Shown here in pieces: positions 11,830 to 52,921 of a DNA stretch of 64,000 nt. The notes beneath the pieces are model-generated. The model ran no database searches and had not been told where the DNA came from. It saw only the letters and a program-made list of their open reading frames with translations. This DNA comes from Macrostomum lignano (lineage: Eukaryota), in the NCBI GenBank assembly GCA_002269645.1, contig NIVC01002189.1, positions 1 to 64,000 of the forward strand. Reading direction: 5' to 3'. Both the position numbers and the translations under genes were made by a program. The stretch's first letter is position 1; each line of letters begins with the position of its first letter.

Positions 11830-13652
11830 ATAGTGGCTCCTTTATGTTTGGCATGATGCTTCTTTTTATGTTTGAAATGATGTCTCCTTTATGTTTGACA
11901 TGGTGGCTCTTTAATGTTTGACATGGTGGCTCTTTAATGTTTGACATGGTGGCTCTTTAATGTTTGACATGGTGGCTCTTTAATGTTTGACATGGTGACT
12001 CTTTTGTGTTCTACATGGTGGCTCTTTTATGTTTGACATGGTAGCTCTTTAATGTTTGACATAGTGACTCTTTAATGTTTGACATGGAGTCACATATATG
12101 TTTGACATGGTGGATATTTTATTTTTTGACATGGTGGCTCTTTTATGTCTGACTTGGTAGCTCTATGAGTATGTTTGACATAATAGCTCTTTAATGTTTG
12201 ACATGGTGGCTCTTTAATGTTCAACATGGTGGCTCTTTAATTTTTGACATGGAGTCACATATATGTTTGACATGGTGGCTCTTTAATGTTTAACATCTAG
12301 TCGTGTACATGTTTGACATGGTGGCTCTTTTATGTTTCACATGGTGGCTCTTTAATGTTTGACATTGTAGCTCTTTAATGTTTGACATGATGGCTCTTCT
12401 ATGTTCCACATGGTAGCTCTTTAATGTTCGAAATGGTGGCTCTTTAATGTTTGACATGGTGGCTCTTTAATGTTCGAAATGGTGGCTCTTTAATGTTTGA
12501 CATGGTGGCTCTTTAATGTTCGAAATGGTGGCTCTTTAATGTTTGACATGGTGGCTCTTTAATGTTCCACATGGTGGCTCTTTAATATTCGAAATGGTGG
12601 CTCTTTAATGTTTGACATGGTGGCTCTTTAATGTTCCACATGGTGGCTCTTTAATTTTTGACATGGTGGCTCTTTAATGTTTGACATGGTGGCTCTTTAA
12701 TGTTTGACATGGTGGCTCTTTAATGTTCGAAATGGTGGCTCTTTAATGTTCGACATGGTGGCTCTTTAATGTTCGAAATGGTGGCTCTTTAATGTTCGAC
12801 ATGATGGCTCTTTAATGTTCGACATGGTGGCTCTTTAATGTTCGAAATGGTGGCTCTTTAATGTTCGACATGGTGGCTCTTTAATGTTCGAAATGGTGGC
12901 TCTTTAATGTTTGACATGGTGGCTCTTTAATGTTCCACATGGTGGCTCTTTAATTTTTGACATGGTGGCTCTTTAATGTTTGACATGGTGGCTCTTTAAT
13001 GTTTGACATGGTGGCTCTTTAATGTTCGAAATGGTGGCTCTTTAATGTTCGACATGGTGGCTCTTTAATGTTCGAAATGGTGGCTCTTTAATGTTCGACA
13101 TGATGGCTCTTTAATGTTCGACATGGTGGCTCTTTAATGTTCGAAATGGTGGCTCTTTAATGTTCGAAATGGTGGCTCTTTAATGTTTGACATGGTGGCT
13201 CTTTAATGTTCGAAATGGTGGCTCTTTAATGTTCGAAATGGTGGCTCTTTAATGTTCGACATGATGGCTCTTTAATGTTCGACATGGTGGCTCTTTAATG
13301 TTCGAAATGGTGGCTCTTTAATGTTCGACATGGTGGCTCTTTAATGTTCGAAATGGTGGCTCTTTAATGTTTGACATGGTGGCTCTTTAATGTTCCACAT
13401 GGTGGCTCTTTAATTTTTGACATGGTGGCTCTTTAATGTTTGACATGGTGGCTCTTTAATGTTTGACATGGTGGCTCTTTAATGTTCGAAATGGTGGCTC
13501 TTTAATGTTCGACATGGTGGCTCTTTAATGTTCGAAATGGTGGCTCTTTAATGTTCGACATGATGGCTCTTTAATGTTCGACATGGTGGCTCTTTAATGT
13601 TCGAAATGGTGGCTCTTTAATGTTCGACATGGTGGCTCTTTAATGTTCGACA
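11830..13652. repeat. 23-bp minisatellite (ATGTTTGACATGGTGGCTCTTTA)
   Basis: About 1.8 kb of tandem units; degenerate at the left end, homogeneous on the right. Confidence 0.97.
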
Positions 13653-14159
13653 TAGTAGATAGTAGAAATGAATCAGATAACAAAACAAACCTCCAAAGAA
13701 GTTCATTTTCAATGCATTACTATTGCAAATTTTAAGTGCTTTGAATCTAGAGCTGTGCATTGAGTTGATTGCATAGACTATTAAAGAAGGATGCAACATT
13801 CAAAATCCATGGAAAATGTTTTAATGGCCATTTTTGCTATGCTATAAAAATATAAAACAGAGATAGAAAGTTTTCATTTTTCAGTAGAAATATTGTTATT
13901 GCTTTCGATTGGAAGCAGACCCAAGGTTCATCTTTTGTTATGTTGTGCCTTTCTTATAGCTCTATTGATCTTCATAAAGCTTTTTGTGCTGAAAAATGAC
14001 ATCTTCCTATCTCTGTAGTGTATTTTTGGCAGAAAGTGGCCTTCAAAATTTTTTCATAAAACAAAAGTGTTGCGTCTTGTATATAAATTGCTTTAGTTGT
14101 CCTTGGTTGATTGTTTATTTATGCCAATTTCATTCACCGAAACCCGCTGCCCAGCTAAC

Positions 14160-14432
14160 ATGGCCTACCGCCCTCAACGAGTGCAGAAGACGCAGGTGCT
14201 GCCAATCTCGCTGATATTCCGCTTCCTGCAGAGCCAGGCCAGAGTCCAGGTGTGGCTCTATGAGCAGGTGAACGTGCGCATCGAGGGCCGCATCCTGGGT
14301 TTCGACGAGTTCATGAACATCGTGATGGACGACGCCGAAGAGGTGCACCTCAAGAGCAGAGGTCGAAAGCGCATCGGGCGAATTCTGCTCAAAGGCGACA
14401 CCATAACACTCATTCAGGAGGCCCTTCAGTAG
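14160..14432 (+). CDS. SNRPE: Small nuclear ribonucleoprotein E (SmE), intronless, 90 aa
   Basis: [65 protein letters not shown] aligns end to end with SmE. Confidence 0.93.
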   Translation: MAYRPQRVQKTQVLPISLIFRFLQSQARVQVWLYEQVNVRIEGRILGFDEFMNIVMDDAEEVHLKSRGRKRIGRILLKGDTITLIQEALQ

Positions 14433-15207
14433 TCTGTCTAGCGTATCTGCATTCTTTTTCCTGTCCGCTTTGTACTTTTTATTTAACAAACAGCAAATAC
14501 CGTTTTGGCATTTTGTTCAGTCTGTTTGAAATTGTCAACAGCCGGTGACTTGATGACTAATCAGGTGGCAAAATTAATTAAATATACAACTTCATACACT
14601 TATTTTGCTGCACCAAGTATAGTGCTGAAATCATCAACAATCTTTTAAGTCTGCTTAATTGATTGTTTATATTAAAAGGTGGCATCAAGATTATAACAAA
14701 TCGCTCATTATAATTGCATATAAAAACTAAAATATTGTTTTGCTAAAACAAAACTTTGCTTCGTGGATAGTGCGCAAGTGTCTTAGTTGCTAGCTAAAGT
14801 GCCAGAGAAGTGGATTCACTCAGAAAAAAAACTAAGAATGTTTATCGGCATAATGGCATGCAACAAGTTGAGCAATTCACATGCTGAGTTACTTAGTGGG
14901 CGCCTCGTCTCAAATCAATTAGTCTAATTCGTTGCATGCATCATGTATGCTCTCAATAAACACACAAATAACAAAAACAGGGTCGTCACACAGGGAAAAG
15001 CAATGTGGAAGAAAGTAGACGGAGATCCGCAGTGACCCGCTACTGCAGCTGAACTTTTGCATCGTAAGTGAAAAAAAACATTCTCGAACGATTTAAATAA
15101 TTGCACGAGAGAAGCTGAGGCTTGAGAAATTTTTAATCGCTAATGAACAACAGCCAGTTGTATTGGAGAGATTGAGATCGAATGATGTGGGGGATAAGTC
15201 GATGAGA

Positions 15208-16684
15208 TTACAGCTTGCCGCAGGCGGCCACTCGTTGCGCCAGGAGTTCGGCCGCTTCGGCGGGTGTCCGGTCAGCCAACAGCCGGCAGGCGGTGGCCAT
15301 GTCCAGCTCGATGGCGCGACGCAACTCGTCGAGGCCGCCGGGGAAGTTGCGCTCGTCGCGCAGTCGATGGGTGGCCAGGCACAGCAGCCGCCTGCCGTAC
15401 AGATCGCCCTGCAGGGGGAGAGCAGCTTGCAGGCTGGAGTCATGTGCGAGTGTCTGTGGTGGGGGGCTTAGGGGCGAGTGCCTTTGTCAGCTTAAGGCCG
15501 AGTGTCTGTGGTGGGGGGCTTAGGGGCGAGTGTCTGTGGTGGGGGGGCTTAGGGGCGAGTGCGTTTGTCAGCTTAAGGGCGAGTGTCTGTGGTGGGGGGC
15601 TTAGGGGTGAGTGCGTTTGTCAGCTTAAGGGCGAGTGTCTGTGGTGGGGGGCTTAGGGTGAGTGCGTTTGTCAGCTTAAGGGCGAGTGTCTGTGGTGGGG
15701 GCTTAGGGGCGAGTGCGTTTGTCAGCTTAAGGGCGAGTGTCTGTGGTGGGGGCTTAGGGGTGAGTGCGTTTGTCAGCTTAAGGGCGAGTGTCTGTGGTGG
15801 GGGGCTTAGGGGCGAGTGCGTTTGTCAGCTTAAGGGCGAGTGTCTGTGGTGGGGGGCTTAGGGGCGAGTGCGTTTGTCAGCTTAAGGGCGAGTGTCTGTG
15901 GTGGGGGGCTTAGGGGTGAGTGCCTTTGTCAGCTTAAGGGCGAGTGTCTGTGGTGGGGGGCTTAGGGGCGAGTGCCTTTGTCAGCTTAAGGGCGTGTCTG
16001 TGGTGGGGGGCTTAGGGGTGAGTGCGTTTGTCAGCTTAAGGGCGAGTGTCTGTGGTGGGGGGCTTAGGGGTGAGTGCCTTTGTCAGCTTAAGGGCGAGTG
16101 TCTTAGGCGGGGCTTCGGGGCAACTGCATGGCTTAGACGGGGCTTAGAGGCGAGGGGGGACAATAGGGACGACTGGCTTAGGGGCTAATCTTAATTTTAT
16201 GAAGAAGATATTCTTATGGTATCAAGGGGCGATTTTCAGGTTATTTTAGGAGCAAATCGCAAAATAATTTCGTATTATCAATGCTCATGGTGATTTAATA
16301 TAAGTAAATTCTTAAGCTGCTTGAGGCGAGGAGGTTCAAATTAGCAGCATTATAAACAAGCGAAGGTCCCACCTCGCACTGAAGTCCTATCAGGTGCACC
16401 TCGAACAGCGGCTTGTCCAAGCCGAACTGCGGATTGACGCCCCAGCTGAGCACGGCCGGGTGCGGGTCTCCCATCGAATCAGCGTCGCCCTCGCCAGCCA
16501 GGGCCGCCCAGCCGCAGAAGACGCCGAACTGTGACGGTCTGCCGCCAGGCGCCAGCGTCTCGGCCGGCATGTTGGCAGTTGGACAGCCGAGCGCCCGGCC
16601 GCGACGAAAGCCAGGGACAACCCGGCCAGACAGCAGGAAGGGGGAGTCCAGGCTGCGCTGGCCCGAGTGAAGCTCGGCGGCATC
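15208..16684 (-). CDS. RFK: Riboflavin kinase; 5' exon/start not located
   Basis: Exon 16684-16373: GRVVPGFRRGRALGCPTAN, GVFCGWA, GVNPQF, FEVHL. Exon 15408-15208: GDLYGRRL..RLRDERNF..LDELRRAIELD. Phase-0 GT-AG junction. The TTG ORF start in the track is not a real start. Confidence 0.88.
15447..16105. repeat. ~52-bp G-rich minisatellite in the RFK intron
   Basis: Unit GGGCGAGTGTCTGTGGTGGGGGGCTTAGGGGCGAGTGCGTTTGTCAGCTTAA. Confidence 0.95.
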
Positions 16685-18396
16685 CTGGAGTTGAGTCAAG
16701 ATTGTCTAATAATAAGTCACGAGTATTCAGACTCGATTCTGCTCGCAGTGCAGTGACATGAACAGCAAAATCATCAACAAAATCATCCACCCTGACAATT
16801 TTCTGCATACAAAGCTGAAGAACAAGGCCTAAATTTTTGTTGCACACCCTTCTCAAACAAGAATCAAGTCGCCAGCCCTCTAGACTGTCGGGATATTCAA
16901 CAATCTGCCAGAAGGTCGGATTATTCCCATAAGCGCTAGTGTATTCAGTACACCCAGGGCGCCAATTAGCACTGCGCCTCTATGCAGATTTTCCAAGCCT
17001 ACAAACTTCATCAGCATGTTAACTACATAAGTCTGTATCAGCTGCGACTGACCTTCACGTAGACAGACAGAACTTCTGGACCTTCAACAGGTGGCAGTGG
17101 CACCAGGTGACTATAGATAGCAAATTTTTTAGTTGTGTAAGGGGCTGGCAATTTATTCTTGTCTGAGGTATGCAATAAAAATTGAAGTCATATTCTTGAA
17201 TTTTTGTAAATCTTGAAAGTTCCATTCTAGCATAGCAAAAAAAACTTGTTAGAAGGGAATATTGGCCCCTCTGGTAGTTTAACAGGAAGAAAAATTAATT
17301 GTTATTACCATATAAGGTTTTTATATAATTCTAGCCCATGAGAGCTAACTGCCAAAGTAGGCTGTTATACAACTTGTGCAAATGTGTGTGTGAATGTTCA
17401 AATAATGTTAATAGAAGGAGGATTATTTCTTGATTGCTAATAAGATAATATAGTTTACTATATCCTATAGTATGCCTTTGCTAAAAGCAAACAATAAATA
17501 TTTATTGCTGCTTAATAAACTATAATTGTTTTAATGTTCTTACTTTCTATAGTATTAACATATTTCAAACTTCAATATATATAAAAAATATATAAAAATG
17601 TTAAAGCAAGAAACTATGTATTAATATTAATAATGACTATCATAATATAATATATAATATAATTTTAGCAGTGTTGATTACAACGGAAAATTTTACAATT
17701 TCTAATGTCAAGTCCAGTATGAGTTAGTAGTCACAAAATCCAGTTGCTAGTTTAATAATTTAGTAATACCAGCTATTAATTAAGTTATACTACATAGTAG
17801 CAAGAAATTTGTGAACAATTGTCAATTTGCCTAACTGGCTACCGCTAACATTTCTATTATGCTTTCACCCTGATTTTTTATAAAGCTTAGTAGTCATCTA
17901 CTTATGGTATAGTTAATTATTTTTATATTATTTCATCAGCTAATTTTTCTGGAAGAATACTGGTTTTAAATTAATTTTTGATAGCAACTTTAATTTCGAC
18001 AGCTAATTGTAATACTAATTGTAATACTAATTGTAATATAAATTTTTTATTTATTATTAGGAATTAAAAATAGTTGCGATTTAGCTAGGATTAAAAAATG
18101 TAAAAATGCGAAAGAGAAGTAAGAGTGTGAAATACGATTGAACATTTTAATATCTTTTAAATCATTCGGTTTCAAGTCCTTTGATTGTAGGTTCACGATC
18201 CTATTCACTACTTTCGCAGAATTTTATGTATTTAAAATGAGACTGCAGCAAAACTCTGAATTTATTTATATTTTACAACTCTTAGAATTCTTAAAACGTA
18301 AGCTGCTCCTTAGTATAGACGGTAAGCACAATTATTGCGTTCCTTTCTATGAGTTTACAAGTTATATTGTTATAGTTTTTCCTTCTGACAGTTTCT

Positions 18397-18410
18397 GGCG
18401 CCATGACAAC
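18397..18410 (+). promoter_or_regulatory. Candidate RFX X-box upstream of tektin
   Basis: GGCGCCATGACAAC has an intact right half-site; a further GTTGCCAT half-site lies at 18792. X-boxes typically control ciliary genes. Confidence 0.4.
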
Positions 18411-19173
18411 ACGTCACCGCGAATTTCAAAATGCTGAGAGGGATTGCATTTAACAACCCTACTTTATAACTGAAGTAGCCGACTTGTTATTGTGACCGAA
18501 CCGAAAGCGTTAAAATCAGTTCTGTAAAGAGTCTTAGGTTCCCTGCAAACCAAAATTTCTTCTACTTCTAATAAATCCAAATACTTCTTTCCTAATCAAA
18601 TAATATCTGAAATTTCGTTGCTAAGCCCGTCCTTTTCATTTTATTGCATCGAGTGAAAGCAATATAAGAGTAACCGGCTTAAACTAAGCCTATTAAAAAT
18701 ATATGTTTTAAAGAAACTTAGCTAGACAAGTACCTATAAAATTTAGGACAATTTTGATACTGTATCTAGAATATGGATCTGCAGAAAGCTAGTTGCCATC
18801 TTATATGGAAACTTTTGTATACAGAAAAAAATTAAATTCATGTTTCTTTTTTTCCATTCTTTCATTAACATAGGAATTACATGTAGCACCTCGTTAATCA
18901 GTATTTGTTTTACATTTCTTTATGCATTGGCATTGTGGTGGAACAATACAATACATTATTGGTTAAAGTATTTATTTTAAAGTTCAAGTGCCAGGAACAA
19001 TATTTCTTTGTTTTTAATGCATTTCAAGTAAAAGATTTTTAGTCAAAAATTGTCCAAGGCAAAATAATATGCCTAATTTTTATAACAGGAAGTGAGTAAT
19101 CAATGAATATGCTGATATTCAGAAAATATTTCATCTTTATGATTGTCCAACCATCCCTCTAAAAGCAGCAATT

Positions 19174-21201
<2,028 letters not shown>

Positions 21202-22127
21202 GTACTGCGGGACCCTGATGAATAGGGTGTCTCCGACTGAACCAGCCTCATCTCTCTGTCTGTTTCTCCGGCCACGCACCCTCCGGGACCCTTCAGAATG
21301 CGTAAATTACTAAGTAAAGCAGCGCTCTTTGACTCAACCAAATTTTCACATTGAGACTGACTGTCGAGTACAAATTAATTAAATAATTTTCCTCGCTTTC
21401 TTTCTTTGTTTATCTTTGTTTATCTGCTTTAAGACTTTTTTTCAAATTATTTTAGCCGCTAGAACTAGGAACCAAGACCAGTCCGTCCAGTACTCTGATG
21501 ACATGCCGTAAGTTTAGAGCACCCTGCTCATGAGCGGTGTTCGAAGTCCTGTACTGCTGCTGTGCGTTCAAAGTTTGAAAACAGTTTTTTGTTATAATGC
21601 TTTATTTTCCGGATTTGTTAATTTGTTGATCCCCGTATAGATTTGGAAAATCCATTCTCAATATTCTACTCTAAGTAATATTTTGCTCTATCGTTTCTAA
21701 ACTTATTTTTTCTGTTCGATAAATAAAAATTTGAGGACTTTGCGGGTTTCTAAATTAGTTCTGTACTTAATAAATAACAAAATAAAAAATTGATATCACA
21801 GAGCTGCTCTGCATGAATGGTTGGCTAAAAAATTTCTTTATAAATTTATTTTACTCAATGATTTTAAGAATTCTGTCCTTTTGATTGACTTACCGCTCGC
21901 TTACGCTGGCTGTCTGCTTGCCAGGTGGCTCTGTGTACTAACCGCGGCCATAGCAGCTTAACTTACTGGTGCTGGCCAACCCGACAAGGCTTTCAACTTT
22001 TAATAGTTTATTTGTATCAGTGTATGCCTAGCTATGCACATTGCTCACAACACAAAAGAACTCACAAGAACTCAATGGCTCTTCGACAGCTAGTTTTAAC
22101 AGCTGAGCCGGGACCTCACCTGCAGAC

Positions 22128-22790
22128 TGACTCACTCACTCACTCACTCACTCACTCACTCACTCACTCACTCACTCACTCACTCACTCACTCACTCCCT
22201 CACTCACTAACTCACTCACTCACTCACTCACTCACTCACTCACTCACTCACTCACTCACTCACTCACTCACTCACTCACTTCCTCACTCACCCATTCACT
22301 CACTCACTCACTCACTCACTCACTCACTCACTCACTCACTCACTCACTCACTCACTCACTCACTCACTCACTCAATCACTCACTCACTCACTCACTCACT
22401 CACTCACTCACTCACTCAATCACTCACTCACTCACTCACTCACTCACTCACTCACTCACTCACTCACTCACTCACTCATTCACTCACTCACTCACTCACT
22501 CACTCACTCACTCACCCATTCACACACTCACTCACTCGCTCACTCACTCACTCACTCACTCACTCACCCATTCACACACTCACTCACTCACTCACTCACT
22601 CACTCAATCACTCACTCACTCACTCACCCATTCACACACTCACTCACTCACTCACTCACTCACTCCCTCACTCACCCATTCACTCACTCACTCACTCACT
22701 CACTCACTCACTCACTTCCTCACTCACCCATTCACTCACTCACTCACTCACTCAATCACTCACTCACTCACTCACTCACTCACTCACTCA
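22128..22790. repeat. (CACT)n microsatellite
   Basis: Direct; explains the 291-aa THSL ORF. Confidence 0.97.
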
Positions 22791-22973
22791 TGAACATTAA
22801 CTTACTCAGTCACACATGAACACATGAACTCAATATAGCGTTAATGCTTGCGATAGAACGATTATATTAACGAAGGTATATTTTTATTTTAAGTTCACAG
22901 TCAATTTCAGCTGCTAAAAATGAATAAACTTGCTATAGAAGTGAGTTATTCGTCTGCAAGGAGGAGAACAGCT

Positions 22974-23732
22974 TCAGAACACGCTCTGGCACTCGCAGAT
23001 GTAGCGCTGCGTGAAGCTGCAATAATGATTGTCGATGCCTCCATCAGAATAGCTGGAGCACAGGTTGGCGCATTCGGTCGACCCATCTGGCTGCCCGCTA
23101 CGCCAGGCATCGTGGGCGATGGCCAGATTGCAGGCTGTCCACCTCCAGGCGTCCTTCGAAGTGGCCGACTGGCCGCTGTTCAGCTTGCCGCCGAGGAAGT
23201 AGTCACTCTGGCTGTCCAGCCGCTCCTTCAGCTGTCTGAGGTACAGAGCCTCGTCCTGGTCGATGGCGTCAGCGAACTTGGCCAGTCGGCCCGGCTCCGA
23301 GCTGCAGGTCCGGTTGGCCTCGGCCCAGTTGAGTCTCGTAGTTGCCACCAGCTTGTAGGAGGTGCCGTATCTGGCGTGCTGGTAGCCGGGCGGGCACAGG
23401 CGGCCCAGAGGCACGCCTGGCGGAGACCTGATGTACACGGTGACCTGGTTGGTGCAGTTCGGCACAGACTGCACTCAGTGGCTGCACGCATCGAACAGGA
23501 ACAGTTTGCACTGACAGGCGCCATCAGTCAGCAGCCTGAAGGCTTGGCAGCTGTTTGCATTGCCGCACTGGATGGCGCAGCTCAGGGTGTCGCACAGGCC
23601 CTGCACTGTTCGGGTGAATTTCCAGCTCACGCAGTCAACTCCGGTTACTGGGTGGAACTTGAGCTTGTCCGCAGGACTGCAGGACTTTGCTGTTACCCAC
23701 AAAAGCTTCAGAATGGCGGAAAACAACTTCAT
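22974..23732 (-). CDS. Secreted PAN/apple-like + C-type lectin protein, intronless, with an in-frame TGA at 23475-23477
   Basis: ORFs 23732-23475 and 23474-22974 share one frame. Signal-like N-terminus, CAIQC..C.AF..C (PAN-like), then CPPGY..LNWAEANRTC..WRW..GQPD..EC..C..RYICE (CTLD). Confidence 0.8.
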
Positions 23733-24094
23733 CTCGGCTTTGTCGCTGGGGAACTGCCTGGAAATTCTAGAATAAATACTAAGTGTGTGACAGCTTCTAG
23801 AAGATGCATTTTATTGAGGATCTATTGAGTAAGAAATGGGGCTCTGGTATGCTCAAGAATCGATTTGTTCCCCAATAGCTATTGTCAGGCAGCTGCAAGA
23901 CTGCTCAAGGGTATCGAGATACCAACTCAAGTCTGTCAGTATGCCAGTCAGGCAAATTTTGGCCTTGAACTTCTTGTCAATAGGGATTTTTATTGTGCCA
24001 TGGCCTTCTGACCTCGCGCTTGATGGGGTTTGAAGACTTTGGACTCATGAGCGAACTGCATCACTGGCAGTTGAATCAGCTGGAGATCCATTGT

Positions 24095-24860
24095 AGCTCT
24101 AGTGTAGCTCTAGTGTAGCTCTAGTGTAGCTCTAGTGTAGCTCTAGTGTAGCTCTAGTGTAGCTCTAGTGTAGCTCTAGTGTAGCTCTAGTGTAGCTCTA
24201 GTGTAGCTCTAGTGTAGCTCTAGTGTAGCTCTAGTTTAGCTCTAGTGTAGCTCTAGTTTAGCTCAAAGTGTAGCTCTAGTGTAGCTCTAGTGTAGCTCTA
24301 GTGTAGCTCTAGTGTAGCTCTAGTTTAGCTCAAAGTGTAGCTCTAGTATAGCTCTAGTTTAGCTCTAGTTTAGCTCAAAGTGTAGCTCTAGTATAGTTCT
24401 AGTATAGCTCTAGTTTAGCTCAAAGTGTAGCTCTAGTGTAGCTCTAGTGTAGCTCTAGTGTAGCTCTAGTGTAGCTCTAGTGTAGCTCTAGTGTACCTCT
24501 AGTGTAGCTCTAGTGTAGCTCTCGTGTAGCTCTAGTGTAGCTCTAGTGTAGCTCTAGTGTAGCTCTAGTGAAGCTCTAGTGTAGCTCTAGTGTAGCTCTA
24601 GTGTAGCTCTAGTGTAGCTCTAGTGTAGCTCTAGTTTAGCTCTAGTGTAGCTCTAGTTTAGCTCAAAGTGTAGCTCTAGTGTAGCTCCAGTGTAGCTCTA
24701 GTGTAGCTCTAGTGTAGCTCTAGTGTAGCTCTAGTTTAGCTCTAGTGTAGCTCTAGTGTAGCTCTAGTTTAGCTCTAGTGTAGCTCTAGTGTAGCTCTAG
24801 TGTAGCTCTAGTGTAGCTCTAGTGTAGCTCTAGTGTAGCTCTAGTGTAGCTCTAGTGTAG
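24095..24860. repeat. 11-bp minisatellite (AGCTCTAGTGT)
   Basis: Direct. Confidence 0.97.
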
Positions 24861-25895
24861 CCGTACCATCAAGCGTGGTCCAATTAATAAATTCATGCTC
24901 ATAGGGCTATTATAAATCGACAAGTTGATTGCCTGTGTATTTTAAATAAAAATCGTGCCCTGTGCAGCTTCAAATTTGTACAAAAAGCAAATGTTTGACT
25001 CAATCAATAGTTTTTATACGTTATCAGCAGGTAAAACGCGACAGACTAAGATTGGGGAAAAAAATTCGGTTGCTGACTGCTGCGTCGTCCAATGACTCAT
25101 CGATTTCTCTTCCACGTCTGATTAAAGTTTATAAAGCTGCTTGATTAAGGCACTGGATCTGCAGGTAGATCAGAGCTCCCTAAGATCCCAACTACTAACA
25201 CACCAATTTGGTGTCGGTTTCAGCTGTCAGAGACTTGCGTGGATTTGGGACTGTAAAATGCCAATGAAAACAAAGATCTGACCAGTGAGATGAAATTAGT
25301 CACAAAGGGGTGTCACGGATTGCCTTCCAGCTTGGGAAAAGGTTTAGACACAAGCATTCAAGATAATAAATGCATTAGTATTAAAAACATAATATTTACT
25401 CAAAAAATGTACTCAGAAATCTATAGCTACGAGTACGTGGGTTAGTCAGCTGAAAGTGCTACAATAAATAATGTTCAGTGCTAATCTACAGATTTCCATT
25501 TCGTGATGCAGTGCAAAATGTTGTCTAGCAATTTACAATCTGAGAACTACGAGCTATTAGTTTAGACCGAGAATAATTGAGTGTGGATCAACAATGTTTC
25601 AACCAATTAGAGAGCGGTTAGGGGTAGAAAATCAAGAATTGTTTTAGCCAATCAAAGACAACATCGGGCAGAAAAGAAACTAGTGAAAAACATGAATCCT
25701 CTCAGCCAATGGGAGAAAAGCAAGCGCATAGAAAAGCAAATCCTCTCAGCCAATGAGAGAGCAGCAAGCGCAAGAACAGAGAATCATTTCAACTGGCCAA
25801 TGGGCGACAATATTGGACTAAGTACCAGTGAGCGCAAAGTAAATTTGGCTGAGGAAATCTCGAACGCAGAGGCCCCTGACGAGGGTAAATGAGCA

Positions 25896-52578
<26,683 letters not shown>

Positions 52579-52840
52579 TCGGCTGAATTTCAATTCCGTC
52601 GGCAGTCCTGAAAAAATGTAGGAAAAAAGAATGTGTAAGCGAGCTCTGATTCACTTAAAACAGCGTAGACAAGCGGCTGAGCAGCGGCTGAGCAGCCAGA
52701 AAGGAAAAGAGAGTTTTTCTGCTTTACAGGTGTATCAACTTCTCTGCCGAGATGGCTGGCGGATGCCGGGTGAGAACAGAACTCTGCTCACAAGTGAGTA
52801 GCTATTGTTACCAAAAGCTCTCGCTGGCTGCCGATACAGG

Positions 52841-52855
52841 CACACACGCACACAC

Positions 52856-52918
<63 letters not shown>
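52841..52918. repeat. (CA)n microsatellite
   Basis: Direct; follows a GTGAGT donor-like site at 52921 on the minus strand. Confidence 0.95.

Positions 52919-52921
<3 letters not shown>

Noticed and set aside
11830-13652. CRISPR-like appearance of the regular arrays
   Set aside because: No unique spacers; head-to-tail tandem units in a eukaryotic locus.
16990-17160. Possible upstream RFK exon (..YSHLVPLPPVEGPEVLSVYVK|GTCAGT)
   Set aside because: Phase-compatible but AT-rich with no homology support.
21925-22800. 291-aa THSL-repeat ORF, and similar DRQT, LSVC, DYSES, PTYL and SPWIYF ORFs elsewhere
   Set aside because: Translations of micro/minisatellites.
22800-22973. Selenocysteine reading of the lectin TGA
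   Set aside because: No recognisable SECIS (AUGA..AA..GA stem-loop) by eye in the short 3' region; needs SECISearch to exclude fully.
22920-23828. 302-aa plus-strand ORF
   Set aside because: Antisense shadow of the lectin CDS.
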